DNA of 64,000 nucleotides from Heterodontus francisci (lineage: Eukaryota): the NCBI RefSeq assembly GCF_036365525.1, contig NC_090413.1:24660601-24724600 (forward strand), read 5' to 3'. The position numbers and the translations under genes were made by a program. The notes beneath the pieces were generated by a model. The model worked only from the letters and a program-made list of their open reading frames with translations. It was not told the origin of the DNA and ran no database searches. How positions within the stretch are numbered: position 1 is the stretch's first letter; each line of letters begins with the position of its first letter. Below, piece by piece: positions 51,633-64,000 of the stretch.

Positions 51633-53229
51633 TAGATGATGAAATTAATTCATGGCCTAATGCTTGAAAACATTGTGTGTTATAATTTTGAAATGTTACA
51701 AAGGAAATTGTTTCCTATGCCTTTATTTTTATTTTCCAATTCTTTTTCCTCAGAGCATTGACTCGGTACAGTTCCGCAGTCACTGGGCTGTCTGTTATCT
51801 TGTCAAATTGGTCATTTGTAAGCTACATACTGAGTGTCAATAGGATATTTCCCCATGAAGGGGAGCATAAAGGGGAATACCGATCTTGCCCAGTCATGTT
51901 GACTTGCCAGCAGGGCCCACTGGGCAGAGAGCAGCTGCCAGAATTGTTGGTGCCTTTTTTTCTTTTCACAACTGCTCGGTTTTCCCATCCTCTGTCAGTC
52001 AGCCCACCCTGGACACTGAAGACAGCTCTAACACCTTAAACCACTGTCCCTGTTGAGTCCACTAACTCATCACAGGGAATCAAATCAAGGACTTGGTGCT
52101 CTGCAGCACTCTGTACCACTACAGGCATTGCACCAGGCACATCCTGCCTTTGTAATGTAAACTGTCAAACTTGGTACTAGCCTGAACAAATATATCCGTT
52201 CCAAATTGATTAAAACCATTTCAGGGCAGCCATCCACTGGTGTCGAGGGCTGAAACTAATGTTCCAAAACCCCGTTGATCTCTTATTAAAATATTAGTTG
52301 TGAAAAATGCTCAGCTGATCAAGCTTTATGTTTTATATAAAGCATGATGAGTTGGATAAGAAATCTGCACTAATGCCATGCTGTTCAATTGCAGTTCTGT
52401 TGATTGAGCAGCGGCAATGACAAAAAGGTGGGTTTACATCAACAATTTTCTCCAAATGATAAGTTTCAAAAAGCGTTCCACTCCTGATTATCCCAAGGGA
52501 AGGATGTTGAACCCGTGTTGCCTGCTGATTCAAATGGACTTTAAGAATCCCATAACGCAACCGAACTGAAGAATGTGGAGGTCTTCTGGTGTCCTGACCA
52601 AGATTTCTGCATTAATCACCACCAGAAACCTAGGTTAACTGTCCAGTCATCTTGTGTCCACTGGTGTGGAATGATTGTCTCACTTAACTGCATAACAGTC
52701 AAACATGATAAAGTACTGTCTAAATCAAGCATTTTTATCTTGTTGTTTCCATGCTGTTCTTGTTTCCATACTCTATCGCTGGCAGAGGCATGGACTGGAA
52801 TCGAGTGGTTAAAAATGTGAAACTGGGTTAAAAACAATTGGTTAAGAATAGGAGATGGAGGCTTTCTGTAAATAGAAATTTTCTTGGGCAATATAAACTG
52901 GGAGCCTCAAGGATCATTGTTGGGACCCGTGCTAATTGTATGTTTTACATAAAACATAACTGCTAGGACAAGATTATGCCAAGCAGAATGTCATATTTTC
53001 TGATGATGACAAAAGAGGTGAGATAAATGAGGAAAAATGCAACCAACTGAGAAGGATTTAAATCTTGTGAGTAACTGGCCCAGTAGTTGGCAGATGCAGT
53101 TCAATTTAGTGTTGTTGTTTGGGCTGTGCTCCTGCAGTGATGGCACCCAGCTCGACTGACCAATTGTACATAGGTTTCTCAGACCAGCTGCTGTGCAATA
53201 ACTCATTCATTTAACCTTTTATTAAATAA

Positions 53230-53439
<210 letters not shown>

Positions 53440-53684
53440 TAAAGATTCTTCATGAAGCTGTGGGGATTGATGACTTAGAGAAAACACATTCAAAAAAGTA
53501 CAATATTTCCCACCTTGAACCTCTGTTTTCAAGTGATGTTATCCTGCACACCTTGCATGTAAAAGTGTTTCCCAATTTCACTCCCGAAAGATCTGGCTCT
53601 AATTTTTAGGTTATGTCCCCAAGTCTAGACTCCCCAACCAGCAGAAATAGTTTCTCTATTTACCCTATCAGATCCCTTTAATAT

Positions 53685-54745
53685 TGATATGATCAAGGTG
53701 GGAGAAATGCACTGGTAATTCAGTCCCACTTCTCCACAGGTCACAGCAGATCAATGAATTTTCCCACCTACCGAAGAATAGCCAAGTAGACTCTATTTGT
53801 TCCCTCAGAATAAAGCACACCAACCAGGTTTTTTTAAACAACGACATTATTAGAAAAAAATAATAAGTCTTAACCACGAATGGGATATATCTATATAAGT
53901 TCCTTATTACCTTCATCCTCATGCACTTGCATATACATTAAAAAAAAATCAGTTAACCGGGAAAAAAGAGTTTTGGTTTGCAGCAGTTTCTTTGAATAGA
54001 AGGGATGATAAAATAAATCAGTTTGTCACATTCTGGTAGGAAATTCTTGGGTGAGGTGTCCCAGAGTCGAATAGCCAGATGCCACTCGAAGTCTCTCCAC
54101 GCGAGGTTGATGGACAGTCTGTGATGGGTAGGCGGTCAAGCCAATTTGACGACAGCAGGCGTCACATAGGTCTTTCTGCAGGGAGCTACCAACAGGTCTG
54201 CTTTGGACTCACAGCAGCAGTAGAAGCTTTCCTCAAGTTCCAGGATTTCTTAAAACACAGGAGGAAACAAGAACCATAGTGGATGCAGGAAGTTTTCATA
54301 GATGGGAGGCAATAGGAATCTGCCACCTTTTCAAATACAGGGTTTCTTTTCAAGAGATGCAAGTTTCCTTGACAGAGAAAGGTCTTTTTCTGGGTCTTCC
54401 CCATTGATCTCCAGGCAGGTCAGAAACCGAATTTCAAATGCCTGCTCTTTGTCCAACTCGCTGTTTTTTCAAAATGGGTCCAAAATGAAAGCAAACCTTC
54501 CTGACCCAATCACATGACCAGACAGTGTCTCCCCTGTCATTCAAAGTGTTACTCTGAGGAGGTCAAAAACTCCCTGGCTGGCTTCTTTGAAATTGCTTGC
54601 TTTTGCTATTCTTGTATACAAAGTCAACATACAAAAATATCAGCTATTTGCAGATGTCCATATCCACTGAAAATCCTGTTTTTTTTTTTTAAAAAAACAC
54701 ACAGAATTCTAAGATTTTATAACAAAAATAAAACCTCTTGTCACA
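53685..54745 (-). mobile_element. Solo-LTR-like element (1061 bp)
   Basis: TG...CA termini, flanking 5-mers AATAT/AATGT, interrupts a colinear CR1 remnant; orientation tentative. Confidence 0.6.
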
Positions 54746-55534
54746 AATGTTGAAAACTTTGATCAAATAACCCTTCTCTTTTCCAGCCACTAGTCACATC
54801 CTGCCCATTATCTGTAAAGGAGTTTCAAGACATGTTATTAGCCAGAATAAATGACATACTGGTGTAGATGAAATGCTACAAGACAGAAATCATTTGTGCT
54901 GTGTATAAAATTAAAGTTGACTTAGATTTTCCCTTCATGATTTCACTGCCTTTATGGGCCCAAAGCTTAAAGTTTATAAGCTTTAAATGTTGACCAAAAC
55001 TAAGAGGCTGCAACTATCAGGAAAGAGTTTTCTCCAGAAAAGTGAGTGAGGTGTGACCTCTTGGATATCTTTAAAATTGCAAAAAGGTTTGATTATGGGA
55101 GATGTGGAGAAGCTGTTTTTATGTGTGGAGGAGACCAAAACAAGAGGCCATAATTAGAAGATAGTCACTAATAAATCCGATAGGGAATTCAGGAGAAATT
55201 TGTTTACACAGAGAGTGATGAGAATGTGGTTGTGGTGAAGAGTGAATAGCATTTAAGGGGAAGTTAGTTGAGTACATGAGGGAGAAAGGAATCGAAGGAT
55301 ATGTTGATGAAGAGGAGTGGGAAGAGACTCGTGGACCATAAATTCTGGCGTAGATGTGTTGGTGGAATGTGCTGTATTCTCGATAGTATGTGAGAAGGAG
55401 AGAGAGCTGGATGTCATTTTGTCCCATTGCACAAGCTCCATTTGATGGCAGGAAATGGGTACTGCAATAGTGCAGTTCACTGATTCCTCGTGGGTCTTCT
55501 TGGAAACTTCATTTACGATTGTCTATATATCTTT

Positions 55535-56646
55535 TGCTACAATCAGGTGAGGAGGGATGGCAAGGCTTCCCTCTTCTTCCTCCCCTTGTTTGACCACAAC
55601 AAGGTTTATTTCTTTTAAACAGTGGATGTGCTTACCAATTAAGTGAGTGTTTAACCCTTTATGGTGCTATGATCATAAAAGAATTAATTGTACAGGTTTT
55701 CTTGGGTTTAAATACGAAAGAAGTCAATTTATTGTACTTAAAAATAAAACCCGATCTAAGTAAAAAAAATAATAAACTATGCTCCAACTTTCACACACAT
55801 GTATATATGTGTGTCTGAAAGTTGGAGCGTAGTTTATTATTTTTACTTAGATCAGGTTTTGGTTTTAAGTACAACCTCTTTCGTGTGAGTGTGTATACAC
55901 ACGCATACGTTAGCGTGATGAAGAGTAGATTAATTTGATTGGATTAGAGTCCAGAACAAATAAAAGTATATACAGTCTGTGGAGTCTGGTAATTCAGTTG
56001 TCTTCCACATGAACTCGTCCTGGAGTATCTGGCTGGTAGAGGTGGCCACCTGGTTCAGGGTTTTCTTAGAGACAGTGATGTAAATGGTTTTCTCCTTGGG
56101 GTCTCTGCAACAATGATAGATTTGGATGTTTTGCAGCCCACAGACAGGGCTCTAACTTAGACCATGCCCAGAGAGAGAGAGACTAACCGATCACTTGGGT
56201 CCTGCATTGGTTAAAACACTGAAGCTTGTCTGATGTATCTGAAAGCAATTCCAAGTTTGCACACACATGTAGAGACTGTCAAATGATTGTCTCAGTGTAT
56301 TCTCGTTTGCACTTTAATGAGATCCAAGTCTAAGAATTTCAATCTATCTCTGGTCTTGTTTTCAGTGTTTACCCCTTGAGGTTCGTCTCCACTAGTGTTA
56401 ATGTTTCAAGATGGCTCTGAATGTCTTGCTAATGAAAGTGATACCAGATAGTTCATGCAAACTGCTCAAGCCATTGTTCTGGATGAGCATTATTCAGACA
56501 TGCGTCGCCACCTCAATACCTTGGAATGTGAGGTATTGCAATGCAAATTGCGGTGGCCATCTTAGCTGCTTTCTTTTTAAAAATTTACTTTAAGTTTCCA
56601 ACTGATGAATTAAAAATCATCATTCAGCATAAGTACGTTCATGATA
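55535..56646 (-). mobile_element. Solo-LTR-like element related at its termini to 29442-30295
   Basis: Minus strand begins TATCATG and ends TCACCTGATTGTAGCA versus TGTCATG...TCACCTGGTTGTAACA; TSD not convincing. Confidence 0.5.
55732..55874. repeat. Imperfect inverted repeat, ~70-bp arms centred on CACACACATGTATATATGTGTG
   Basis: TTGTACTTAAAA...GATCTAAGTAAAAA...GCTCCAACTTTCA mirrored by TGAAAGTTGGAGC...TTTTTACTTAGATC...TTTTAAGTACAA. Confidence 0.85.
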
Positions 56647-56851
56647 CTGTGCTCTCAAAAAGCAGATCCATTTTGTGGACATGTGAATTGTTCAACGGGT
56701 AGTTAGTCCTGTTGAGGTCTGTCTCCTTCAGTCCCAGTCCTATGTGGAGTTGCCTCGAGTGCTTTCTGATAAGCCCAATATTCAAGTTGCCTGGATTTAT
56801 GTACATTGCAAAAGATAATTCAGATTGTTGATTTTTTTTTTAATTTTTCAG

Positions 56852-56895
56852 GTCCATCAGGCACTTGCAGGAGGCCTCAAGCACAGATGGTAAAG
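56852..56895 (+). CDS. GPR108: GPR108 exon 14 (SIRHLQEASSTDGK)
   Basis: 44 nt, conserved. Confidence 0.94.
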
Positions 56896-57914
56896 GTAAG
56901 CTTGACGATGTCTGACCATTAAATGGAAGACGATAGCAGGTCATTCTTGACCTCAGTGAGTGAGTAACTCCATTCTTATTGATGCTATTTTAGAAAACTT
57001 GTGGCATTGAGTTGTAGGTGATACTACATTACTGTGTTACTTGTGTGGTACACTTCAACTTTTCTTTCCTTGCCATTTTTGTACATCCACGATTTTAATC
57101 ACTCCACCATTGGTGGCTGCGCCCTCAGTTACTGGGGCCCTAAGCTCTGGAGTACTTTTCCAACACTTCTGTGCCTCTGCCTCGCTTACCTCCTTTGAGA
57201 CACTCATTAAAACCTACTCTGACCAAGATTTAGGTCATCTGACCTAATATCTCCTTGTGTGCCTTGGTGTCATATTTTGTTTTCTAATGCTCCTGTGAAG
57301 TGCCTGGGGACATTTTATTACATTAAGAGGCTCTATATAAATATATGCTGGTTTTTTCCCCCCTCGTCTTGTAGCTTTGGCTCCTTGTTAGGGTATGGGT
57401 TCGCGGGCATCAGTTGCACTCTTGCACTTTGGTCCAAGCGCTCATTCTTCATGTGTGGGCTCTGATAGTGAGTCCCTAGCAGGATGTTGAACAGCTGTTC
57501 TTAGCAGGTGGCCACAGATGCATGCTTCCAGCAGATGTTGCTGATGGTGTGCTGAGGACACTTGTCCTTTCCTGCCTTAAACCAGGGACCCCGAGACCTT
57601 CTGCTGCCTTGGCCGAGATCAGCACAGAATAAAGCCTGAGGTTTTCCCGATCTGTGTGGCTCAGTTACTCAATCACTGAAGAGTTCTGATGCTCACAATT
57701 CATTTGTTATTGGGGTACCTATACCTTCCCCGTCCTTCCCCCAGCCTACCCCAAGACAGTGTGATTCTTCTTGAAACCTATTTAAAGTTTTTTTTTTTTA
57801 AATCAAGCTGCAGGAATGCTATTTCATCCTTTTCTCTGAACTCAAGTGGTAATGGACTAAAGCTCCATCTGTATATTAACCCAGGAAGGTTCCTATTCAA
57901 AGGCAGTTGTTATA

Positions 57915-58270
57915 AGAAATAGGAGCAGGAGTAGTCCATTCAGCCCCTCGAGCCTGCTCTGCCATTCTGTAAGGTCCACGGCTGATCTATCTCAACTCCG
58001 CTTTCCTGCCCTATTCAAATATTTCTGATTTCCCTTGGTGTCCAAAAATCTATCGACCTCAGTCTTAAATATACTCAACTGCTGAGCATCCACAGCCCTC
58101 TGGGGTCCAGTTTCCAAGATCACAGCCCTCTGAGTGAACAAGTCTCTCCTCATCTCAGTCCTCAATAGTCGCCCCTTTATCCTGAGACTAGTTCTCGACT
58201 CTCCAACCAGGGGAAACAGCCTCTCGGTGTTAAACGTGTCAAGCCCTCTAAAGAATTTTATATATCTCCA
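57915..58270 (-). mobile_element. Old CR1 3' end
   Basis: ERLFPLVGESRT...RRDLFTQR in ORF 57992-58342 plus 3' UTR. Confidence 0.75.
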
Positions 58271-58613
58271 TAAGATAAAGAAATTTTTAGTCCATTTGGT
58301 CTGATCATCCTGCAGTAGGAAGCCAATTTTCCTGCTCGTCATTGTGATTTATCAACACTGCATATGGTCTTGGAGTGGTTTGTGATGCCTTATAGCTGAG
58401 TATGGGACCAGTACCCACTGTGCATGCTCACTTGGAGAAGTTGCCACTCATGGACATGCACTGCAGTCCTAACCCTTTGTCCTTTGAGGAAAAAATGGTT
58501 ACGGGGTGATTAGAGGTGTATTTTGCTGCATAACTGGGAAAATTATGGAACTAGTGTAATGAAGTCTGGATTTTGATCACTAATTTTACTCTTCCTCCTG
58601 ATTTTATCTACAG

Positions 58614-58663
58614 CTGCAATGAATCTGGCCAAATTGAAACTCTTCAGGCATTTTTATGTCATG
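58614..58663 (+). CDS. GPR108: GPR108 exon 15 (AMNLAKLKLFRHFYVM)
   Basis: 50 nt, conserved NLAKLKLFRH. Confidence 0.94.
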
Positions 58664-59679
58664 GTAGGTATATGTGCTGTGTTACTGTGTGAGATGCTGG
58701 GTATGTGTTTACTATGTGGATAAGTGTGTTTTCTTTTTATCGATTTTGTCCAGGAGTGCGAGAGAACTGCTTGACAGTCCCGGATGTGGGAGCAGTATTT
58801 AAATCTCAGATGGACAAACTTAAGTTTTATTGAGAGTGAGAGAAATGTTTGGCATGGGAGAGTTAATTCAGTTATTTGGAGGCAGGTTTCACAGTGCATG
58901 GGCACGGTGGTTCCATTTGAGTTTGCTGGAGTTAGAGGCCAAGGACATCATAGAGGAGGAGCTAGCCAACCTTAGCGGTGATAATTGTTTGTTAGTTAGA
59001 TTTGAGCGACAAGTCCTTTTTTCCACCTTTTGTGGCGATGCTGATTAGTGATATTTTGTCTGAGTTTAGACCGATGATCTCATTGGGGGGGGGGGGGGGG
59101 CTGAATTTTATTAGCGCAGCGCGCTGTGAACTCGGCAGTCTTCTGACGTGGAAGCACCACCGCTGAGTCCCCGTGTTATTTTGCGTGGGGGTTCATTTGA
59201 ATGGAAGGGGCAGAGCAGCTACACCCGATGACGTAGAGGGGGCAGCCACTCCATACCTGGCAATTGTATCCACTGCCGGCGTCATTTTTAAAGGGCTATA
59301 AGCCCTTAGGAAAAATGTTAATTTTTAGAGTGATATAATGGTGCGTTGTATGTCAAAAATTAAATAAATGCTGGAGGTCCTTTCCCATCTGCACCCCCCC
59401 CCCCCCCCCCCCCCCACCAAGCCCCAAATGTTTGTTTTTGGGGCAATATCAATAAAATTAAGTTTATTCCCAACCCGAATTGCCCCGCCCACCCCACCTT
59501 CTTAACGTTTTCCCTGCAGCCCCTTCCTACCATCCCCACAGCCAGTAAGGAGTCTTTTTCCCACTTTGTCGTTGAGTATATTTAACACTTGAGATCTTTA
59601 GCTTTTTGGACTCAAAGGGAATCAAAGGTTATGGGGATGGGGCAGGAAAGTGAAAATCAGACATGATCATATTGAATGG

Positions 59680-60646
59680 GTTAGGAAAGTTGTTCTTTTA
59701 AAAAAAAAAAATGTTTTTTTTTGAGGATTCGTGTGTTAGAATTATGGACATTGGTTTATTTGGGAAAACTGAAAAAACTCCATGGATTTTTTTTTTACAA
59801 GGGTCACTGAGAGGTCTTGTTTAAAAACAAACCTTTACTGGCTGTCACATGCCTTAAGCTCAATAAGCAACAGAAACCTTGGTGATTGGGGGAGATGTTT
59901 ACAGAGAAGTGACCTGTCACGATTTATGATGGTCAGGGGGTCGCTGTTGGGATATTGTTTTGACTTTCTGGTTGGGGTGTGGCCTGTGTTAAAAAGCAGT
60001 TGACGATCAACCTGCCAAGGGAGAAACCCCCAGCTCATCTTTCCTGCACCTCTCCAAGATACCTGTGTCAGCTCCCCTTTCTCTACTTCTGAAAAACCTG
60101 CGAATCCAGAGTGGGACAACTGAAACCCCTGATGCCACATTTCTCCTGGGAAGTCTACTCCGCGATATCTCCAGAACAAACTGCTCCAGAAAAGATCCCA
60201 GTAATCTGTCTCCATGTGCCTGGATGCCCGACCAAAAGGGACAACTGACAACCTTCTAAATCATCTTTTTCTTCAAGAATTAACAAGTATTTGGCCAAAG
60301 TCGTTTTTTGTGGGTTTTTTTTGTCTAAGAGCTCTGCAGAGAAAATCTCTTTTTTTTTCAGTTAATGTATGTGTGTGTGGTGGAGGGGGGTGTGGGTTTT
60401 TAAAAAGGGAAGTTTCATATTTCAATCTGTGTGTTGATGCTTTGCTTCATTACTGGAAAAGTCTTTTTTGTAATAAATTGATGGTTTTGTTCTTTAGTGA
60501 AGAAATCTGGTTGGTGTATTTTATTCTGGGATAAAGAGTAGACTATTTGACCATATTGGTAACTGAGTAAACATTTAAATATACGTTGTGACCTGTGGAG
60601 AAGTGGAACTCAAAGACAGTGCACGCCTCTCACTTCGGACTTGACA
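59680..60646 (+). mobile_element. Solo-LTR-like element (967 bp)
   Basis: Perfect AATGG 5-bp duplication (59675-59679, 60647-60651) inside a CR1 3' UTR; ends TGACA; internal AATAAA ~60472; 5' terminal T missing. Confidence 0.65.
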
Positions 60647-60785
60647 AATGGTTGAGCAGGATCGAGGGGCCGTGTGACCTACTCCTTCTATTTCTCATGT
60701 TCTTGCGTTGTGTATTTGGGAGGTACACAGATGGTAAGTGGGCTGGAACATTGGAGGTCACTAGTCCACAATATTTATTCTGTGA

Positions 60786-60929
<144 letters not shown>

Positions 60930-61371
60930 TGACCATCTAATGGTTGAGATCAGCACTGATTTGAGAGTTGTTGATTATTTATAAACTGGGGAAGGGAAGC
61001 AATGGCGCCAGTCTTAGTCTGACAGAGATGGAGGAACATTATCAGGAGGCAGTCCTTTGCCCCCAAGCTACTGGAAATGGGGATTTTGGATTTCAACTTT
61101 TCCAAATCTTGTCAAATGTCGTAAGCAAAGTTAATGTCATATAGATGTGTCCATTAGAAAACTTGGGTAGCAATTGTGTCTGTATTATGTTCTAAAATAG
61201 TGGGAAAAAAATGGAAATTACTATAAGGTTATTGAAAAGTTTAAACTTTTAAGATTTGGCTTGTAATTTTTTTTTTTTTACACTTCTGATTATCAATTTC
61301 TGTCCAGGGAGTATGGCCAATATGGGGGCTTGTTTTCTGCCTGATTTTCTTGCCAAGGAAAATAACAAGAA

Positions 61372-61638
61372 TGGGTACTGCCTGTGCGGAGTTTGCAAGT
61401 TCTCCCTGTGACCGCGTGGGTTTCTGTCGGGTGCTCTGGTTTCCTCCCACAGCCAAAGACTTGCAGGTTGATAGGTAAATTGGCCATTGTAAATTGCCCC
61501 TAGTGTAGGTAGGTGGTAGGAGAGGATGGTGGGGATGTGGTAGGGAATATGAGATTAGTGTAGGATTAGTATAAATGGGTGGTTGTTGGTCGGCACAGAC
61601 TCGGTGGGCCGAAGGGCCTGTTTCATTGCTCTATCTCT
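61372..61638 (+). mobile_element. HE1-like V-SINE, 5' truncated
   Basis: V-domain and tail as in other copies. Confidence 0.8.
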
Positions 61639-63099
61639 CAATAAAGAACGTCTCTAAGTATAAACTTTAATGATGACTTTAAAAAAAAAAATTGTTTACC
61701 GGGGAAGGAGCCGGCCGAAGGGAGTAAGTGGCAAGATCGGGAGCGATTGACTGAGGGAAGGTAGCGGCCAGGCGGGGAGCAGACAGGCATGGGAGGCAAC
61801 AGTGAAGGGAAGCGCGATGGCAGGAGAGAGCAGGGTACTCTTGGGGATGGGATGGAGGCGGCGATCGCAGCCATTGAAGGGATTTGGGTTTAATTTGTTT
61901 TTTGTGATAAATTGAGCAGCGCCATCTTTAATACTGGCAGCTGGCTGAGACATCACAGACAGTTCAGTGGATGAGGCTGCATTTGCGCGTGTGCCAATAC
62001 TGCACCACCTAGTGATCATGTCAGCAAATGCAGCCATAAGTTAAACCCAGAGTACCACTTTAAAATATGCAGGACAATGGTACCAGAAATTAAGCATATA
62101 CATCTATGAGAAATACATTTAAATCAGATGCCAGAAGGAACTTTACACACAATCGGATAAACGTTTTGGTATAATCTGTACAGATAGGATAGTAGAGGCG
62201 GAGACTTTTGAGACTGGGAGTGTTGGGATACTAGAGAGACAAGCTTCACTGGGCCAAATATTATTTTAACGTCCATGATTTATATCACGTAAACATTAAT
62301 ATTTATTGAACACCTGACTACTGGGTGATTCCAAATGGATCTTCAATTTTCTAGGCTAAAAACCTGAGGATAGAGTTGCTGTTTTGGATGCAAATCTTGC
62401 TCAAAATTGCAGGTTTTCCAAAGTGAATTTATAGTTCAATTTTCTCCTCAAACTCATTTCATAATCGCAAACGTAAAATCTTCCGTCCACCAGCGCAACC
62501 AGGCAGCATAATAGAATGTAATTATTCTTCTTCCTTGCATTAAAATAATTCCCTGTCATATTTGAGTGAAAACTTGGGGCAGTTTTAATAGTACAGCTGA
62601 AAATGGTTTAACGCAACAAAAGATGTTTAATTGGAGTGTTTAGTCCACCACCTGTGCGTAAATCACTGCGAACCACACTGAGCCATTTAGTAGTTTCATT
62701 GGCGTGCAGTAGTCAGTTTCTTAGTAAATTAAATATTTAAAAAGTTTTATAACTCGTGCCTGTGCACATTTATTAAAAATCCCATCTTAATTTTAAGAGC
62801 CTTCTCGAAAAGTGCAGTCGGCAGAAACTCCCCATATTCGTTATTTTGATCTGGGTGCGGGGCTGTTTTGTGGGTGGGGCCATCTTCCACCATGATATTT
62901 ACTAAGCTAGCATTAAAGGTTGTGGAAACTCGATTCACACTCTACCTAACATGCAGTAGAAGTTCCTCGAACCTTTACGCTAGTTTGGGCAATTTCTGGC
63001 AAATTGCGCTGGTGAAACTAGCAGAAGCTCTAGCCCCTGATCTTTTTGGTATTTTTATATCCTGTAATTTGTGCCATTTCCTTTTTTTTTAATTCTTAG

Positions 63100-63222
<123 letters not shown>

Positions 63223-63715
63223 TAAGTAACTGGACCTGCTCCCGGTAGCAGTTGGTCAGATATCATTGTCTGCATCAGTAACAACAGTTGGGCATTTCAG
63301 TGGCTTCTTTTGGGAGGGCAGAAGATTCAACAAGAAGAATTTTTCTTTTTGCACTAATGCACAACTTGGTGAATTTACAAGCCAGTTGAATTATCTGACA
63401 CTGTGGTTCCTGTAACCTATCAAAATGCAACCAGTCTTAAGCCACAACCTACTCTTCCAATATCTCTTGACTTGTACTGTATTCTCTTCTCCCTACCTGT
63501 AGCGCTTGTCCTACTTTGTACCATCTTTTTAAATAGATAGTAAATCCTAACTCCAGAAAGGGCAGTGGAAGCAGATTCAACAGTAAACTTTCAAAAGGGA
63601 ATTGGATAAATACTTGAAGGGGGAAGAATTAGCAGAGCTGTGGGGAAAGAGCAGAGGGACTGGGCTGAAAATGGGCAGCTCTTTCAAAGAGAGAGCACAG
63701 ATGTGATGGACTGAA

Positions 63716-64000
63716 TTAAAGGCAAAAGAACCCGACCAATCCACAGTGGACCCGAGCCCGACTCGGCCCGAGTTCCTCCAATTTTGCACTAAGCCCGACC
63801 CCACTCGACCCGACCCAACCATCCCTTTACTTAACTTCCGACTGGGAAGCTCCACGAAGCTGCAGCGCATAAGTGATGACGTCACTCGCTCACTGCACAA
63901 ACTCAGTTTCGTCCCGGACTCCCAGTTCAGGTAAGTTTTATTTTTAATACTTACCGGCAGAGTATTTACCGTGTGTGTCCGGCCTGACCAGACCCGACCT
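63716..64000. mobile_element. Probable non-autonomous hAT-like DNA transposon end with CCCGA subterminal repeats (runs off window)
   Basis: Dense CCCGA(C/G) pentamers interrupting a CR1 3' UTR; second terminus not visible. Confidence 0.45.

Noticed and set aside
59087-59415. Long G and C homopolymers as functional G-quadruplex elements
   Set aside because: Such runs are scattered throughout the window and repeat-associated; no specific evidence.

Overview
Eukaryotic (cartilaginous fish/shark-like, judged from HE1-type V-SINEs, Deu-domain SINEs and CR1 LINEs) genomic DNA, mostly introns and interspersed repeats. Three protein-coding genes can be reconstructed from splice sites and protein similarity. 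(1) The 24-nt first coding exon (MEWGSELW) of an F-BAR gene of the TRIP10/FNBP1/FNBP1L family, minus strand at 2177-2200, with the rest lying off the left edge. (2) A complete 3-coding-exon DR1/NC2-beta gene on the minus strand, join(23128-23350,19931-20094,13652-13789), 174 aa. (3) GPR108 (LUSTR/GOST 7TM family) on the plus strand, 17 coding exons from 25158 to 63221, with the last exon off the right edge. DR1 and GPR108 are head-to-head around a ~0.7 kb ZNF143/ETS/E2F-motif promoter. The most notable inference is that this DR1 sits between TRIP10 and GPR108, where humans have no DR1, and is unusually diverged (including KRRK to ERRK in the reported NLS), suggesting a retained whole-genome-duplication paralogue. 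Repeats include two young CR1 LINEs, an RTE LINE with a 12-bp TSD, four solo-LTR-like elements and a palindromic Penelope-end element with a 14-bp TSD and hammerhead-like core. No rRNA, true tRNA genes or CRISPR arrays were seen. Family and synteny assignments are from recall, not database searches.
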